A DNA stretch of 56,364 nucleotides from Octopus bimaculoides (lineage: Eukaryota): contig NC_068981.1 of assembly GCF_001194135.2 (NCBI RefSeq), forward strand, positions 183,014,536 to 183,070,899. Reading direction: 5' to 3'. A program made the translations under genes and the position numbers. Shown piece by piece: positions 37,081-51,204 of the stretch. The notes beneath the pieces are model-generated. The model was not told the origin of the DNA. It ran no database searches and worked only from the letters and a program-made list of their open reading frames with translations. Numbering within the stretch: the first letter of the stretch is position 1; each line of letters starts with the position of its first letter.

Positions 37081-38639
37081 GCTAAGTACCAATCTTGAGA
37101 AATTAAGCTTCTCAAAACCAGAAAGGAGAAAGCTGATTCGAAGACTACAGATCCAAGCCATCCCTGGAACTGTAAAAGTCTGTAAAACTTTTTAGAAGTT
37201 TATCGTTTAAATACATACGAACATGTCTAGATATGCAACTAAATGCATGAAAATACATGCATATAATAAAACATACAAATCTGCACATATACATACATAT
37301 TTGTATATAACATGTATACATACACACATATATGTATATACCTACGCTGCACCTAGAACCAGCCCTGAGTCGGATCAACGGTTTATATTCGATTTGGTAC
37401 TAAGATATCTTCAATATCCTATCAACACATGATACCACCATGGTTGTTTTACCTCGTTGCGAATCGCATGTTTTTGTACTTAGCCATTTGATAGTAGATC
37501 ACAACATTTGATTCTGCACCACACACCAGCTTTATATTAAAAAAAAAACCCCATTAAAGAACATTCTTCATAATTATTATACAATTCAATATTGCTCAGC
37601 AACAGCCATGTGCGTTCTTCTATAATAGTTTTTGAAAATAAACCCAACTTAAAACTCGTGCGCAGTGCAGAAACAATTGTTGTGATTTACTATTAAACCC
37701 TGTTATCCACCACACGCGTGTTCTATGTTCCTAATATATATATATATATATANNNNNNNNNNNNNNNNNNNNNNNNNNNNNNNNNNNNNNNNNNNNNNNN
37801 NNNNNNNNNNNNNNNNNNNNNNNNNNNNNNNNNNNNNNNNNNNNNNNNNNNNNNNNNNNNNNNNNNNNNNNNNNNNNNNNNNNNNNNNNNNNNNNNNNNN
37901 NNNNNNNNNNNNNNNNNNNNNNNNNNNNNNNNNNNNNNNNNNNNNNNNNNNNNNNNNNNNNNNNNNNNNNNNNNNNNNNNNNNNNNNNNNNNNNNNNNNN
38001 NNNNNNNNNNNNNNNNNNNNNNNNNNNNNNNNNNNNNNNNNNNNNNNNNNNNNNNNNNNNNNNNNNNNNNNNNNNNNNNNNNNNNNNNNNNNNNNNNNNN
38101 NNNNNNNNNNNNNNNNNNNNNNNNNNNNNNNNNNNNNNNNNNNNNNNNNNNNNNNNNNNNNNNNNNNNNNNNNNNNNNNNNNNNNNNNNNNNNNNNNNNN
38201 NNNNNNNNNNNNNNNNNNNNNNNNNNNNNNNNNNNNNNNNNNNNNNNNNNNNNNNNNNNNNNNNNNNNNNNNNNNNNNNNNNNNNNNNNNNNNNNNNNNN
38301 NNNNNNNNNNNNNNNNNNNNNNNNNNNNNNNNNNNNNNNNNNNNNNNNNNNNNNNNNNNNNNNNNNNNNNNNNNNNNNNNNNNNNNNNNNNNNNNNNNNN
38401 NNNNNNNNNNNNNNNNNNNNNNNNNNNNNNNNNNNNNNNNNNNNNNNNNNNNNNNNNNNNNNNNNNNNNNNNNNNNNNNNNNNNNTATATTTCTGTTTTC
38501 AGGAGTCTGTGTTTGTCTGTCTGAAAGAGAAGTGAGAGAGAGAGAAAGAATTTTTATCTGAGGTGTGAGCAGATGAATTAATGTGTTGAAGTGTCTTGTA
38601 TTAAGATGTGTCTGCTGGATGACATCGTAATAAAAATAC

Positions 38640-39420
38640 TTCGAAATTGTACAAAGTATATGAGTAATGCCACAGGGGGATACTTTCATATTTCAAATCA
38701 ATGATTAAAACTACAAAATAAGATAAACAACAGTTATCCTATATAATTACTGAAGAGGGTATGACAGGGGATATAAACTAGGGATCAAGAAATGTCAAGG
38801 TTTAAACTTTCTAGTAGATAAAGTTTCAAAGCGTCTGATAAGCACGATCATGATGAATAAAGTTCAGCGAACAAATTGTGATTGGTTCGCAACATTTTTG
38901 TAATTTAAACTCTATATTCAAATGTAAGATTAGTTTAAGATAATTCAAAATTAGATTCTTGTTTCTTCTAATCTTATGACACCCAAGATTAGCGATTTTA
39001 GACAAAGATGCCAAATAGCATGGCTAGAAGTACCTAAATTTTATTTACAACTGTTCGGTCTGTAATAGAATTAAATTACATTAAAACAGTTCTATTCTAT
39101 GGCGGTGAGGATTGGACAGTAACAGAAACACTAGCGAAGGGAAAATACTGGACAATGCTGGACAATATTGGACAATGCTCTCTTTTGCGATAGACACTAG
39201 GCATTCATTTTCCACAAAGACCGGTTAATTAATTGTGAGAGCACAGGCTTTCTCAGCTGATAGCCTTTTATGTTCCAAACAATTAACTTTGATTGCTCGA
39301 GGTTTCAGAAGACCAAATGTATCACTGGCTACTTTTCTACATCAGAAAGACCTACTATACAACCTTATTGCGTGATAGGAACTTTATGAAAGAGAGCGAC
39401 ATATATTTATGGGCATAATG
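38640..39420 (+). mobile_element. Decayed RTE-clade LINE, RT and thumb region
   Basis: VMPQGDT (QGD motif) near 38665 and LFYGGE/WTVTETLAK near 39093-39140, matching the RTE pattern LLYGSETWT.T..L. Confidence 0.5.
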
Positions 39421-39574
39421 CTAGAGCGTCCAAAAAATGCCTTGCGAAATTACTTGCGGTTCTTTGCCTTCTTCCAAGAAAACTACTGACCTTCTACATA
39501 AATTAGAAATCATAGCTATGATACAATTATGTCAGATCATTAATATGACATAATAATGATACATCATAACTAGT

Positions 39575-39790
39575 TTCAAGTTTTGACACAAGGCATGCAA
39601 TTCCAAGAGAAGGAGTAAGTCGATTAGATCGATTCCTAGTAATCAACTGGTACTTATTCTATCGACCTCGAAAGAATGAAAGGCAAAGTCGACCTCGGCG
39701 GAATTTGAACTCAGAACGCAAAAACGAAGGGAATGCCGCTAAGCATTTTGTCCGGCGTGCTGACGATTCTGCCATTTCGCTGCCTTAATA
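39575..39790 (-). mobile_element. SINE group B
   Basis: gtcgattagatcga..caactggtactt..gaatgaaaggcaaagtcgacctcggcggaatttgaactcagaac. Confidence 0.87.
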
Positions 39791-40324
39791 TAGTATGATA
39801 ATGATACGTCATAATTATAACATAATTATGTTAGGTCATAATATCTAGCACAATTATGTTAGATAATAATTATGACAGTAGTATGAAAGTTTTTAATCAT
39901 GATATTATTAATTATGTTTGATCATGATTATAATCTAACCAGATACATTATCGGCTGCTTGATTAGGCAGCAGATATTGCCACGAATAACAGCCAACGGT
40001 AAAGGCAGACTACCTAGAATTCAATGCACGGCATGTCTTACTTTACATAAAACTCCTTAAAGAAACAGAAGGTGTCGACAGCAACGAATAAATTGAAGAA
40101 AAAATGAAACGAAAATCAAAACAACGAACTCATATCACCAAAACGATGACAATTAAAAGAAATTAAGTAATAAAAATACTTTTGATCTAACACCTAAGTC
40201 GGATATTCTAAACCAGTCCCAGTGAATAATTTCCTATATACGTACGTGTGTGTGTGTGTGTGTGTGTATGCATGTATGAAAGTTTGTGTGTGTGTGTGTG
40301 TGTATGCATGTATGAAAGTTTGTA

Positions 40325-40362
<38 letters not shown>

Positions 40363-40915
40363 CGCACACGCGCGCCTGTTTAAGTTTTGACTATAATTGG
40401 TATTCTGAATTTACAGTAATATTTACAGAAATCATTTTTCACCAGTAACTGTTAACTTTCTAAATTGTTTTGCATCTGTATTTTTCAGCGATGCAGATGA
40501 ATAAATTTCTAACTGAAGCTAATAAAATTTCAGACCACATAATTGTTTTTTAATGTACTATTGAGAAAAAAACACACAAAAACAAAAAAAAAATTAAAAA
40601 ACAAACAGAAAGACAAACTTAATATCTTATATATTCATCTTTGCGCGTCTATTCTTATGTAGATATTCAGCCCTGGTGCCATTAACGTGCTGAACTAATG
40701 TAACCGATTTACATTTCCTTCCACGCAAGCACTTATTTCCAAACATACACACACACACATACACATACACATGCACTGTCTGTCTGTCTCTCTTTCTCGC
40801 TCTCTCTCTCTCACACAAACGCACATACACCACGCATACACACACGCACATACAATTTGATAGATTGGAACTGTGTGTAAGCCCATCGTGGAGAAACAGT
40901 TAAATTAACCCTGTT

Positions 40916-41076
40916 CATTAGCGTAGCTAGAAGGAGGCGGATGGGGCGGCCCTCTCCGGGTGACACTTTTACGGGGGCGGCACTACTTTTGGGTCTGCTG
41001 TAGGCAATATGCATTTACTTGTGGGGACCCGGGGGTGGCAAACTGATGGGCCACGCACACTCTAGCTACGCTAGCG
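40916..41076. mobile_element. Small hAT-like MITE
   Basis: TIRs cattagcgtagctaga / tctagctacgctagcg; 8-bp flanks accctgtt / gctctgtt (6/8). Confidence 0.75.
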
Positions 41077-41324
41077 GCTCTGTTTATAGAGTCACTATAT
41101 GGAATAAATATATCATGATTTGGTACTGCGTGAACTGAGATCTCCGTTGACAAGCGTCTGATATTTAAAATACGATGTTAAGACTTACGGTATGCAAGTT
41201 AGTAATTCCAGGTTTCTGTAGCTACGATAATTGTTGAGTATATAAACAGATTCTCTGGCTTTGGTCAAATTGATGTAGACTCCTCTGATGAGGAGCCAGT
41301 ACGAAAACCGATTAAGTTTCTTTT

Positions 41325-41940
41325 CTTATTCTTTTACTTGTTTCAGTAGTTTTGACTGCGGCCATGCTGGAGCACCGCCTAGAAGGATTTTAGTCGAACA
41401 AATCGACCCCAGGAGTTATTTTTTTAAAGCCTAGTACTTATTCTGTCGGTCACTTTTTTTGCCGAACCGCTAATTTTCAGGGGCGTAAACACACAAACAC
41501 CGGTTGTCAAGCGGTGATGGAGGGACAAACACAGTAACAAAGACGCACACACATACATATACATCAGTGGTTCCCAAAGTGGGCGATATTGCCCCACCCG
41601 CTGGGGGTGGGGGTGGGGTGGAAAGTTCCAGGGGGCGTTGAAGAAAAAAGGGGTGATAATGGAGTAGCGATTCATGTAAAAAGTGGGGCGATAATGGGGG
41701 TAGCGATTCATGTAAAAACAAGAAAATAATGGGTTCATTAGGTTAAGTTTTATTTGTGAAATACAGTTACTTTGAATTTGCTTCAGAAAGAGGTCTATGC
41801 TTGTGATGGTTAGTTGGGGTGGAGGCGCTAAGGATGTGGCCTGTGTATCAAAGGGGCGGTAGCCCGAAAAATTTTGGGGACTACTGATATACATACATAC
41901 AAACATATAAGCGAGCTTTTAACCACACAGCTACGCCTGC
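41325..41940 (-). mobile_element. SINE group A interrupted by a MITE
   Basis: Tail and body 41325-41564, short head remnant ..accacacagctacgcctgc at about 41910-41940. Confidence 0.8.
41565..41886. mobile_element. hAT MITE nested in the SINE microsatellite
   Basis: TIRs cagtggttcccaaa / tttggggactactg; perfect 8-bp TSD atatacat (41557-41564, 41887-41894). Confidence 0.92.
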
Positions 41941-42212
41941 GGTCGTCCATCATTTTTTCATGATGACAGAGAACTAGCTAAATTTACCCTGTTCATAAAG
42001 GTACAATACAGGTTATATATATATATAAATACATTTGAGATGTGAATATCTGAATAACTTATATAGTCTAGGCAAATGAAACTAAACAAGCCTAACGTTG
42101 AGCAAAATAAGATTTATTCATAAAAGTTTGAATATGAAATTTAAAGCTGTGTGAATTTCATGAACGATCTTGAGTTATTTCTATACATGCCGTTAAAATT
42201 TGACATCATTTG

Positions 42213-42248
<36 letters not shown>

Positions 42249-43643
42249 CTCTCTCTCTCTCTCTCTTAAACGTATCGTAGCATGGGAAACATGCTTGACA
42301 AAAAAACATGATATACATGGCTAAAACTCTTTTGATCTGAGATCAGGCCAATAAAGTCTGACCTGGACTAAACAATGATATCAGCTCCTATGACAATATT
42401 TGTTTTTGTGCCTTCACATCGAAATGAACTCTTGCCTTTGATTATAAAATTCAAAAAGTTAGTATACCATTGGGAGGCATAAGTTATGTAGTTTCGAGAA
42501 AGCAATCTTCAAACCTATTTGCTCAGTGCTATCCAAAACATAAGAATTCTTTCTCCAGAGAATTTATTCATATTTGTTAACTATATTGACTGACTGAATG
42601 ACCTTTTCTCTGATGCAAACCACCGTTAGTTTCTTCAAACTCTCCTTTATATATGTTTATATTCGTTTCATTTATTTATTTATTTACTGTATTTGCTATT
42701 GACTAGTTTACAATCTTGTGTCAAAATAAGGTATTTCTCTGCTATGCAACAGACACATCGCTTAAAATCTCCAGTTTGAGCTTTGACAGGCTTATAATGG
42801 ACCATTTTATTGCTACAATATTTTTTTCCTTCCGCTTTTGGTAAAAAAAAAAACTATTGCATTTTATTGATTTTTTTTTTCTATTGAAGAAGTTAATGTG
42901 ATGTGTAAAACAGCTTTTAAACACATTTTTGTATAAAACTTATATAGTCTTCGTTTTTTTTTCTTTCGCTTTCAATTACTTAGCATGGTAAAAATAACAT
43001 TCGTATTAAACACTCGGCGTTAAGTGGACAATGATAGATCAGAGGTTAATTTCAGTCGTGTGCTGAAAATAGAAAAAAAAAAAAAATTTTAAGAAAAAAG
43101 AAAAAAAGAACAAGAAAAAGAAAAATCATAGAAGTTGTATAATCAGAGACATATTCATTTTACAAACAAGGTATAGAAGAAAAATCCCAGACTATTATAA
43201 ATGTAAAATGAGGTTTTAAGAAAGGGTATTGCTGACAGGAATATAGTACNNNNNNNNNNNNNNNNNNNNNNNNNNNNNNNNNNNNNNNNNNNNNNNNNNN
43301 NNNNNNNNNNNNNNNNNNNNNNNNNNNNNNNNNNNNNNNNNNNNNNNNNNNNNNNNNNNNNNNNNNNNNNNNNNNNNNNNNNNNNNNNNNNNNNNNNNNN
43401 NNNNNNNNNNNNNNNNNNNNNNNNNNNNNNNNNNNNNNNNNNNNNNNNNNNNNNNNNNNNNNNNNNNNNNNNNNNNNNNNNNNNNNNNNNNNNNNNNNNN
43501 NNNNNNNNNNNNNNNNNNNNNNNNNNNNNNNNNNNNNNNNNNNNNNNNNNNNNNNNNNNNNNNNNNNNNNNNNNNNNNNNNNNNNNNNNNNNNNNNNNNN
43601 NNNNNNNNNNNNNNNNNNNNNNNNNNNNNNNNNNNNNNNNNNN

Positions 43644-43709
<66 letters not shown>

Positions 43710-43842
43710 ACGCCACACCACACTTTCACAATTATATGTATTATGAATACACGACAAATAACCAGTCATAGTAGTTCCATACAGTTTACTGCGTAAAGTC
43801 CTAAAATCACAAGTAATGTTTGTGTGTGTGTGTGTCTATGAA

Positions 43843-44152
43843 GGCACGTAGCTTAGTGGTTGCGGTATTCGACTCACGATCGTAAAGTCGTGGGTTCAAT
43901 TCCTGGCGACGAATTATGTCCTTGGGCAAGACACTTTATTTCTTGTTGCTCCAGTCCACTCAGCTGGCAAAAATGAGTTGTAACCTGTATTTGTAACCTT
44001 ATCACATTCTGTGTTACGCTGAATCTCCCCGAGAACTACGCTAAGGGTACGAGTGTCTTTCGAGTACTCAGCCACTTGCACGTTACTTTCACGAGCAGAT
44101 TGTTCCGCTGATTGGATCAACTGGAATACTCGTCGTACTAACCGACGGAGTG
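43843..44152 (+). mobile_element. SINE group C
   Basis: tagcttagtgg A-box, ggttcaattcc B-box, core and tail ending accgacggagtgc. Confidence 0.88.
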
Positions 44153-44380
44153 CTACGTACACGTACACACACACACACATGCACACACACACACAAAAAC
44201 ACGCACACACAGTATATAAAGAGAGCAAAATATCACCGATATTATAACAATATCAGTGATATTTTAATATATTTATCCCCAGAGAGAGAATTGAATATAT
44301 TGAAATATCACTGATATAGGTTGGTTTCTGTTCTCCTTTCTGGAGTACATGCATGTACACACGCATACGTACGCGCGCGT

Positions 44381-44425
<45 letters not shown>

Positions 44426-44746
44426 CAAGCATGCATGCACACAAGCACGCACTCACACAAATATTCATATGAAAATATATTGCTATTAAGAGAAACTATT
44501 GAAAATTGCAGATTCAATTTTGTGGTTCGCTATTGGCGAAGAAACAAAATGTTGTATGTCAACTATTATTATGAATACCACAAACATGGTAAATGAAGAA
44601 GTGGCAGAACTTGAGCAATATTTTTGCTGTAGTTGCAAATGCAAAAACAAAGCTTTATGTATCCATATATGTATGTATGTAAGCATGTATGCATGAATGT
44701 ATGTATGCACCTAATCTATCTATCTATCTTTCTATCTATTTATCTA

Positions 44747-44794
<48 letters not shown>

Positions 44795-44941
44795 NNNNNN
44801 NNNNNNNNNNNNNNNNNNNNNNNNNNNNNNNNNNNNNNNNNNNNATATATTAATGTCCCTGATAAAGCTGTAAGACTCCCTTTCTCTTTATAAATATCCT
44901 AGAAATTTCACACTGCCTTGGCTTTGTTGTCTCATTTTATT

Positions 44942-45056
<115 letters not shown>

Positions 45057-45526
45057 GATAGATAGATAATTAGGTACATACTTATATACATTCATACATA
45101 AATTCATGCACACATGCATATATGCATAAATACATACACACACACATACATAAATAGTTGCATATATACATACATGTAAATATAAAGTTTGATGAAGAAA
45201 TTAGAAACTAATCAATAAACAGACGCGACTTAAGCTGGGATTACATTATGAAAGACTGTGCTTAAACATTGAAAGCATTAAAACTAATGTACAATCGTAG
45301 AAATACGAAAGACTGCTTAAGATGAGAAAAAAAAATACGAATGAATAAATAAAAAGCAAAATAATCCTTTAAATTAATTGTAAATTCTAGAGAGTGACAA
45401 AATTCACCTGAAGATAATTTGCATGTGGAAGGATTTCAATAGTAATTTTGTAATGTTTAAAGTATCCGAATGTAAAAAGCAAACACACACACGCACGTAA
45501 ATAATTAACTATGCAGACTACTACGG

Positions 45527-46545
45527 CACTCCGTCGGTTACGACAATGATTGTTCTAGTTGCTCCGATGAAAAGAACGGCCTGGTGGTCCAAGTTTGAAG
45601 TCAAACTTAGAGTACAAATTGACATTTATAACAATCATAATTGGTGCGTTTGGATTCGTGAGTATAAGTGGCATTATGGGTAAGCTAGGATTTTCAGAAT
45701 GCAAAATCAACTAATTCATTCGCACATTATAATAAAAATATGCAAGACTTTTNNNNNNNNNNNNNNNNNNNNNNNNNNNNNNNNNNNNNNNNNNNNNNNN
45801 NNNNNNNNNNNNNNNNNNNNNNNNNNNNNNNNNNNNNNNNNNNNNNNNNNNNNNNNNNNNNNNNNNNNNNNNNNNNNNNNNNNNNNNNNNNNNNNNNNNN
45901 NNNNNNNNNNNNNNNNNNNNNNNNNNNNNNNNNNNNNNNNNNNNNNNGCTTACATGCATGCATACATAACACATGTATACATACATATATCCATATGTAC
46001 ACGCATGCATACATACAAACAAGCAGGCATATATACATACATGAATGTATGCATACATACATGTATGCATACATGCATACATGCATGCATGCATATATGC
46101 ATACATACATACATGCATACATACATACCTACATACATACATATATACATACATACTTATATACATACATGCCTACATGCATACATACATGCCTACATGC
46201 ATACATATATACGTACATGCATACAAGCATACATACATACATACATACATACAAGCATACATACATACATGCATACATACATGCATACATACATACATAC
46301 ATACAAACATACATGCAGCCACTCCGTCGGTTACGACAATGATTGTTCTAGTTGCTCCGATGAAAAGAACGGCCTGGTGGTCCAAGTTTGAAGTCAAACT
46401 TAGAGTACAAATTGACATTTATAACAATCATAATTGGTGCGTTTGGATTCGTGAGTATAAGTGGCATTATGGGTAAGCTAGGATTTTCAGAATGCAAAAT
46501 CAACTAATTCATTCGCACATTATAATAAAAATATGCAAGACTTTT
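45527..46545. repeat. Identical 226-bp duplication (45527-45752 = 46320-46545) around a gap
   Basis: No differences seen; first copy ends at the N run. Confidence 0.88.
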
Positions 46546-46840
46546 CTCAAGTTTGAAATGTGAATTGATTTCCGTTATCTACATTCCAACAATGGTTCGT
46601 TGTATCTTTGATAGAAATGATCTCCTTCCCCAGAGGAATAATTCAAATAATTAAAAACAGCACCATCAGCGGCGATTTGATGTTGTGGTGATCGCTCTTA
46701 AAGTGCCGGGTGTTAGGAGAGAGTAATCTTCGCTACATGAAATCGCAGCTGATCGACGAACAAGCAAAGCATGGACATTGTGTACGTTTGTTCCATGTTT
46801 GCAACACTTGTGCTGCTTCTAATTCATATTTGATTATGTA

Positions 46841-46882
<42 letters not shown>

Positions 46883-47790
46883 AACACACATTTACACACA
46901 CTCACACACACACATATGCGCGCGCTCGCACACGCACACGCACACGAACACGCACACACAAACAAACACACACACATAAGCACACACGCATACACACAAG
47001 TACAAGAAGCTCAAACACACACACAAACACAAATGCACACGCACACGCACACGCACACACAAACACAAATACACACGCACATACGCACACGCACGTACAC
47101 ATACACATACACACAAACACAAAAACCACAAGCGCACAAACACACTCACACACACAGACGGGCACACACACATGCACAAACACACGCATACACACAAACA
47201 CAAGAAACACACGCACAAACTCTTGTGCCTAGAGTACAAAAGAATATATAATACCATTCGAAATAAAGAATATCCTGGAATAAATATAGAGAATCTCCCC
47301 GTCATTGAATACATACACAAACACCAAGACGAGGAATACAGGTAGAACATTACCATCAAAACACCAGTTGTTTGCGACAGATGAGAAAATGTATGTACCG
47401 TCATAGAGGTCAGTTGACCTGTTCATGTGAATACCTCTTCGAAAATCAAAGAGAAGAAGGATGACTGCGAACAACTGCTTCAAAACCACCAGCTTCTGTA
47501 TCTAGACTGCAAATTCATATTTATAACAATCATAATCGGTGCATTTGGTCGTGTGAGCAAATGCCTAAGTGGCAATCTGGCTAAGCTAGTTTTTTTTCCG
47601 GAAAAATAAATTAACCAGTTAATTTTGCACATTACAAATACAATCTGTAAGTGGAACAGTGAAAATATGCAAGACTTTTCTGAAGCTTAAAATGTGATAT
47701 TGTTTTCGTTATCTAAGTTCCAACGATGGTTCTTTGTATCTTTGCTAGAAATCAGCTCTTTCCTCAGAGAAAAGAATTCAAATAACTAAA
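46400..47790. repeat. Diverged direct duplication, about 46400-46660 vs 47505-47790
   Basis: Shared atttataacaatcataat.ggtgc.tttgg..aaaatatgcaagactttt..cgttatcta..ttccaac.atggttc.ttgtatcttt..aattcaaataa. Confidence 0.8.
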
Positions 47791-48683
47791 AAAAAAAGAG
47801 AATAAACAGTTATATTCATGTTCATGTATATATATTCATTTATATATATATATATATATNNNNNNNNNNNNNNNNNNNNNNNNNNNNNNNNNNNNNNNNN
47901 NNNNNNNNNNNNNNNNNNNNNNNNNNNNNNNNNNNNNNNNNNNNNNNNNNNNNNNNNNNNNNNNNNNNNNNNNNNNNNNNNNNNNNNNNNNNNNNNNNNN
48001 NNNNNNNNNNNNNNNNNNNNNNNNNNNNNNNNNNNNNNNNNNNNNNNNNNNNNNNNNNNNNNNNNNNNNNNNNNNNNNNNNNNNNNNNNNNNNNNNNNNN
48101 NNNNNNNNNNNNNNNNNNNNNNNNNNNNNNNNNNNNNNNNNNNNNNNNNNNNNNNNNNNNNNNNNNNNNNNNNNNNNNNNNNNNNNNNNNNNNNNNNNNN
48201 NNNNNNNNNNNNNNNNNNNNNNNNNNNNNNNNNNNNNNNNNNNNNNNNNNNNNNNNNNNNNNNNNNNNNNNNNNNNNNNNNNNNNNNNNNNNNNNNNNNN
48301 NNATGCTACATAAATATTTTCTTATATACTAACGGATCTTTTCCTTTTTTTGCCATTAAGCTCATTTTTTCCCCCATAACTTATCGTTTTATCTCCCAAG
48401 ATGTTATTTTCGACATCCCCAACGACAGAATGATAACCCTGCTTATGTTCTACATTAAACGACTTTATATCTTTATTCCGTATAGCTAATATGATGGGAT
48501 TGGCGGGTGGAATTTAAAAAAGGAGTATCATTAGTGAAACGAGTACAGAACGGACTGTTCACTTAGCGTTATTTTCTTAAGTACCTACGTGCTTCCAGGT
48601 CGTTCTGCCCTCTCTTCTAGCTTTGGTATGACTTATACTATGTGAGTGAACTTCATAATACAAAACCTATCTATCTATCTATC

Positions 48684-48734
<51 letters not shown>

Positions 48735-48736
<2 letters not shown>

Positions 48737-48953
48737 ACTCTTTTACTCTTTTACTTGTTTCAGTCTTTTGACTGTGGCAATGCTGGAGCACCGCCTTTAG
48801 TCGAGCAAATCGACCCCAGGACTTATTCTTTGGAAGCCTAGTACTTATTCTTTCGGTCTCTTTTGCCGAACCGCTAAGTTACAGAGACATAAACACACCA
48901 GCATCGGTTGTCAAGCGATGTTGGGGGGGACAAACACAGACATACACACACAT
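48735..48953 (-). mobile_element. SINE group A, 3' half (runs into gap)
   Basis: ttttactcttttacttgtttcagtc..ggggggacaaacacagac. Confidence 0.9.
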
Positions 48954-49324
48954 NNNNNNNNNNNNNNNNNNNNNNNNNNNNNNNNNNNNNNNNNNNNNNN
49001 NNNNNNNNNNNNNNNNNNNNNNNNNNNNNNNNNNNNNNNNNNNNNNNNNNNNNNNNNNNNNNNNNNNNNNNNNNNNNNNNNNNNNNNNNNNNNNNNNNNN
49101 NNNNNNNNNNNNNNNNNNNNNNNNNNNNNNNNNNNNNNNNNNNNNNNNNNNNNNNNNNNNNNNNNNNNNNNNNNNNNNNNNNNNNNNNNNNNNNNNNNNN
49201 NNNNNNNNNNNNNNNNNNNNNNNNNNNNNNNNNNNNNNNNNNNNNNNNNNNNNNNNNNNNNNNNNNNNNNNNNNNNNNNNNNNNNNNNTATATATATATA
49301 TATATATATACATACATATTTATT

Positions 49325-49725
49325 CTTTTATTCCTTTATTCTTTTACTTGTTTCAGTCATTTTACTACAGCCATGCTGGATCACCACCTTTAGTCGAACA
49401 AATCAACCTCGGGACTTATTCTTTGTAAGCCTAGTACTTATTCTACCGGTCTCTTTTGCCGAACCGCTAGGAAACAGTAGTTGATGTTTACGGGGATGCA
49501 AACACACCAACAACGGTTGTCAAGCGAATGTGTGTGTGGTGGGGACAAACACAGACACACAAATACATACATATACGACGGGCTTCTTTCAGTTTCCATC
49601 TATCAAATCCACTCACAAGGCTTTTGTCGGTCCGAGGCTATAGTAGAAGACACCTGCTCAAGGTGTCACGCAGTGGGACTGAACTCAGAACCATGTGACT
49701 GGGAAGCGAGCTTCTTACCACACAA
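49325..49725 (-). mobile_element. SINE group A
   Basis: Full tail-to-head structure. Confidence 0.88.
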
Positions 49726-49889
49726 CCAAAGGAAAAGGAAAGCAAAACCAAAGCAGGACGAATATCTCAGGTAATTTAGAATATTTAATTAAAGTAAGGT
49801 GAATTAAAAAAGGTGAAGTAATATATATATATATATGTGTACATAGCATGTTGGTATATGTATGGACAGGATCTGCTAGGCTCTTAGAC

Positions 49890-50192
49890 TCTCCTGTCGT
49901 TGGACGACGGATGAGGGCTACGTAATTTCTTGCTGAACAAACACGCAGAGGTTTCGATATAGCAGTCAAATGCTTGTATTGCACGCAAGCGCACTCACAC
50001 CATCAAACCGGCATTGTGCAGGTGAGCAAGTGTGTCAGGCGTCAGATATCAAAATGATCGCAGAGCAACGTGAAATAAAGTGTTTTCTGCTTTTTTTTTT
50101 TCAAGAACACAACGCACCACCCGGTCTGGTGGGGGTCGAAACAACGACCCAGCAATCGCGAGTGCAACGCTCTAACGACTTGGCCGTGGGTT
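49890..50192 (-). mobile_element. SINE group C, variant tail
   Basis: gagcaacgtgaaataaagtgtttt..tcaagaacacaacgcacc..gtcgaaac..gagtgcaacgctctaacgacttggcc. Confidence 0.7.
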
Positions 50193-50334
50193 GCGTCTTC
50201 ACACTCATTTAAGCGAAAATAACCCGAGTTAAAATAAATCGAAATATCAGCGAAGCATGAATTCAAACAACAAACGCAAATGCAAATAAAAGCATATAAA
50301 ACACTATGCAAAAAAATTGTTGCTTTTTTTTCTA

Positions 50335-50725
50335 TTTTTCTTTTACATGTTTCAGTTATAAGATTACGGCCATACTGGAGTATTGTCTTGAAGAATTTTA
50401 TTCGAACGCATCGACCCCAGTACTTATTATTTCTTTTTTTTGTCAAAGTCTGGTATTCATTCTGTCGGGCTTTCTTGCCGAACCGCTAAATTTATAATTA
50501 GCAAGCACACCAATACCAGTTGTCAAGTGGTGGCGGTGGACAAACACAGACGCAAAGACACACACACACACATACACACATACATACGACGGATCTCTTT
50601 CAGTTTCCGCCTACCAAATCCACTCACAAGGCTTTGGTCGGCCCGAGACACCTGCCCAAATTGCCATGCAGTGGGACTGAACCCAGAACCAAGTGACTGG
50701 GAAGCAAACTTCTTACCACGCAGCC
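50335..50725 (-). mobile_element. Diverged SINE group A
   Basis: gccgaaccgcta..ctttcagtttccgcctaccaaatccactcacaaggctttggtcggcccgag. Confidence 0.85.
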
Positions 50726-51204
50726 AAGACTCTAGAAATTATCTTAGCTTCGAGAGAAAGTAATAAAACGCCTGATGGTAACTGTGGTAACTGGTAAATT
50801 CTCATTTACCAGTTGATGGTAAACGCCTGATGGTAACTGGTAAATTCTCATAATCTGACGCGTTAATTTTTTAAAAAAGAGCCGCTCGTTTTTATGAAGA
50901 CATGAGGAAAGCTATTCATAAGATTTTCTACCTTACTAGACTTGTCCAAATTTGATTTAAGTAGACATAAATCTTAGGTACATACAAATTCCAATAGCCA
51001 CTCTACTTTCTCTTACTTTATTTTGTTTGGTTGAATTAAGTAGATTGTTGTGTGCCGTAAAACGATGCATTTTTCTGTTTGTGTTTAAGTGTTCTATATC
51101 ATGGAGTTAAAGTAGGAAATCTGCTGTGCTGATGACGCCTATTGAGGTAGAAGCGTGTGCTCACAGTTGTGCTATTTTTTTCAGGAATATATACGGCTCA
51201 GTGG

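Noticed and set aside
42753-42840. Possible + exon (cag|ACAC..TTTG|gtaaaa) with one open frame
   Set aside because: No recognisable protein similarity; such sites arise by chance in AT-rich DNA.
44512-44588. Possible + exon (FNFVVRYWRRNKMLYVNYYYEYHKHG)
   Set aside because: Acceptor lacks a pyrimidine tract; peptide not recognised.
47259-47342. Protein-like frame IRNKEYPGINIENLPVIEYIHKHQDEEYR ending at a cag|gtagaa donor
   Set aside because: No acceptor; preceded by a SINE B tail; no recognised domain.
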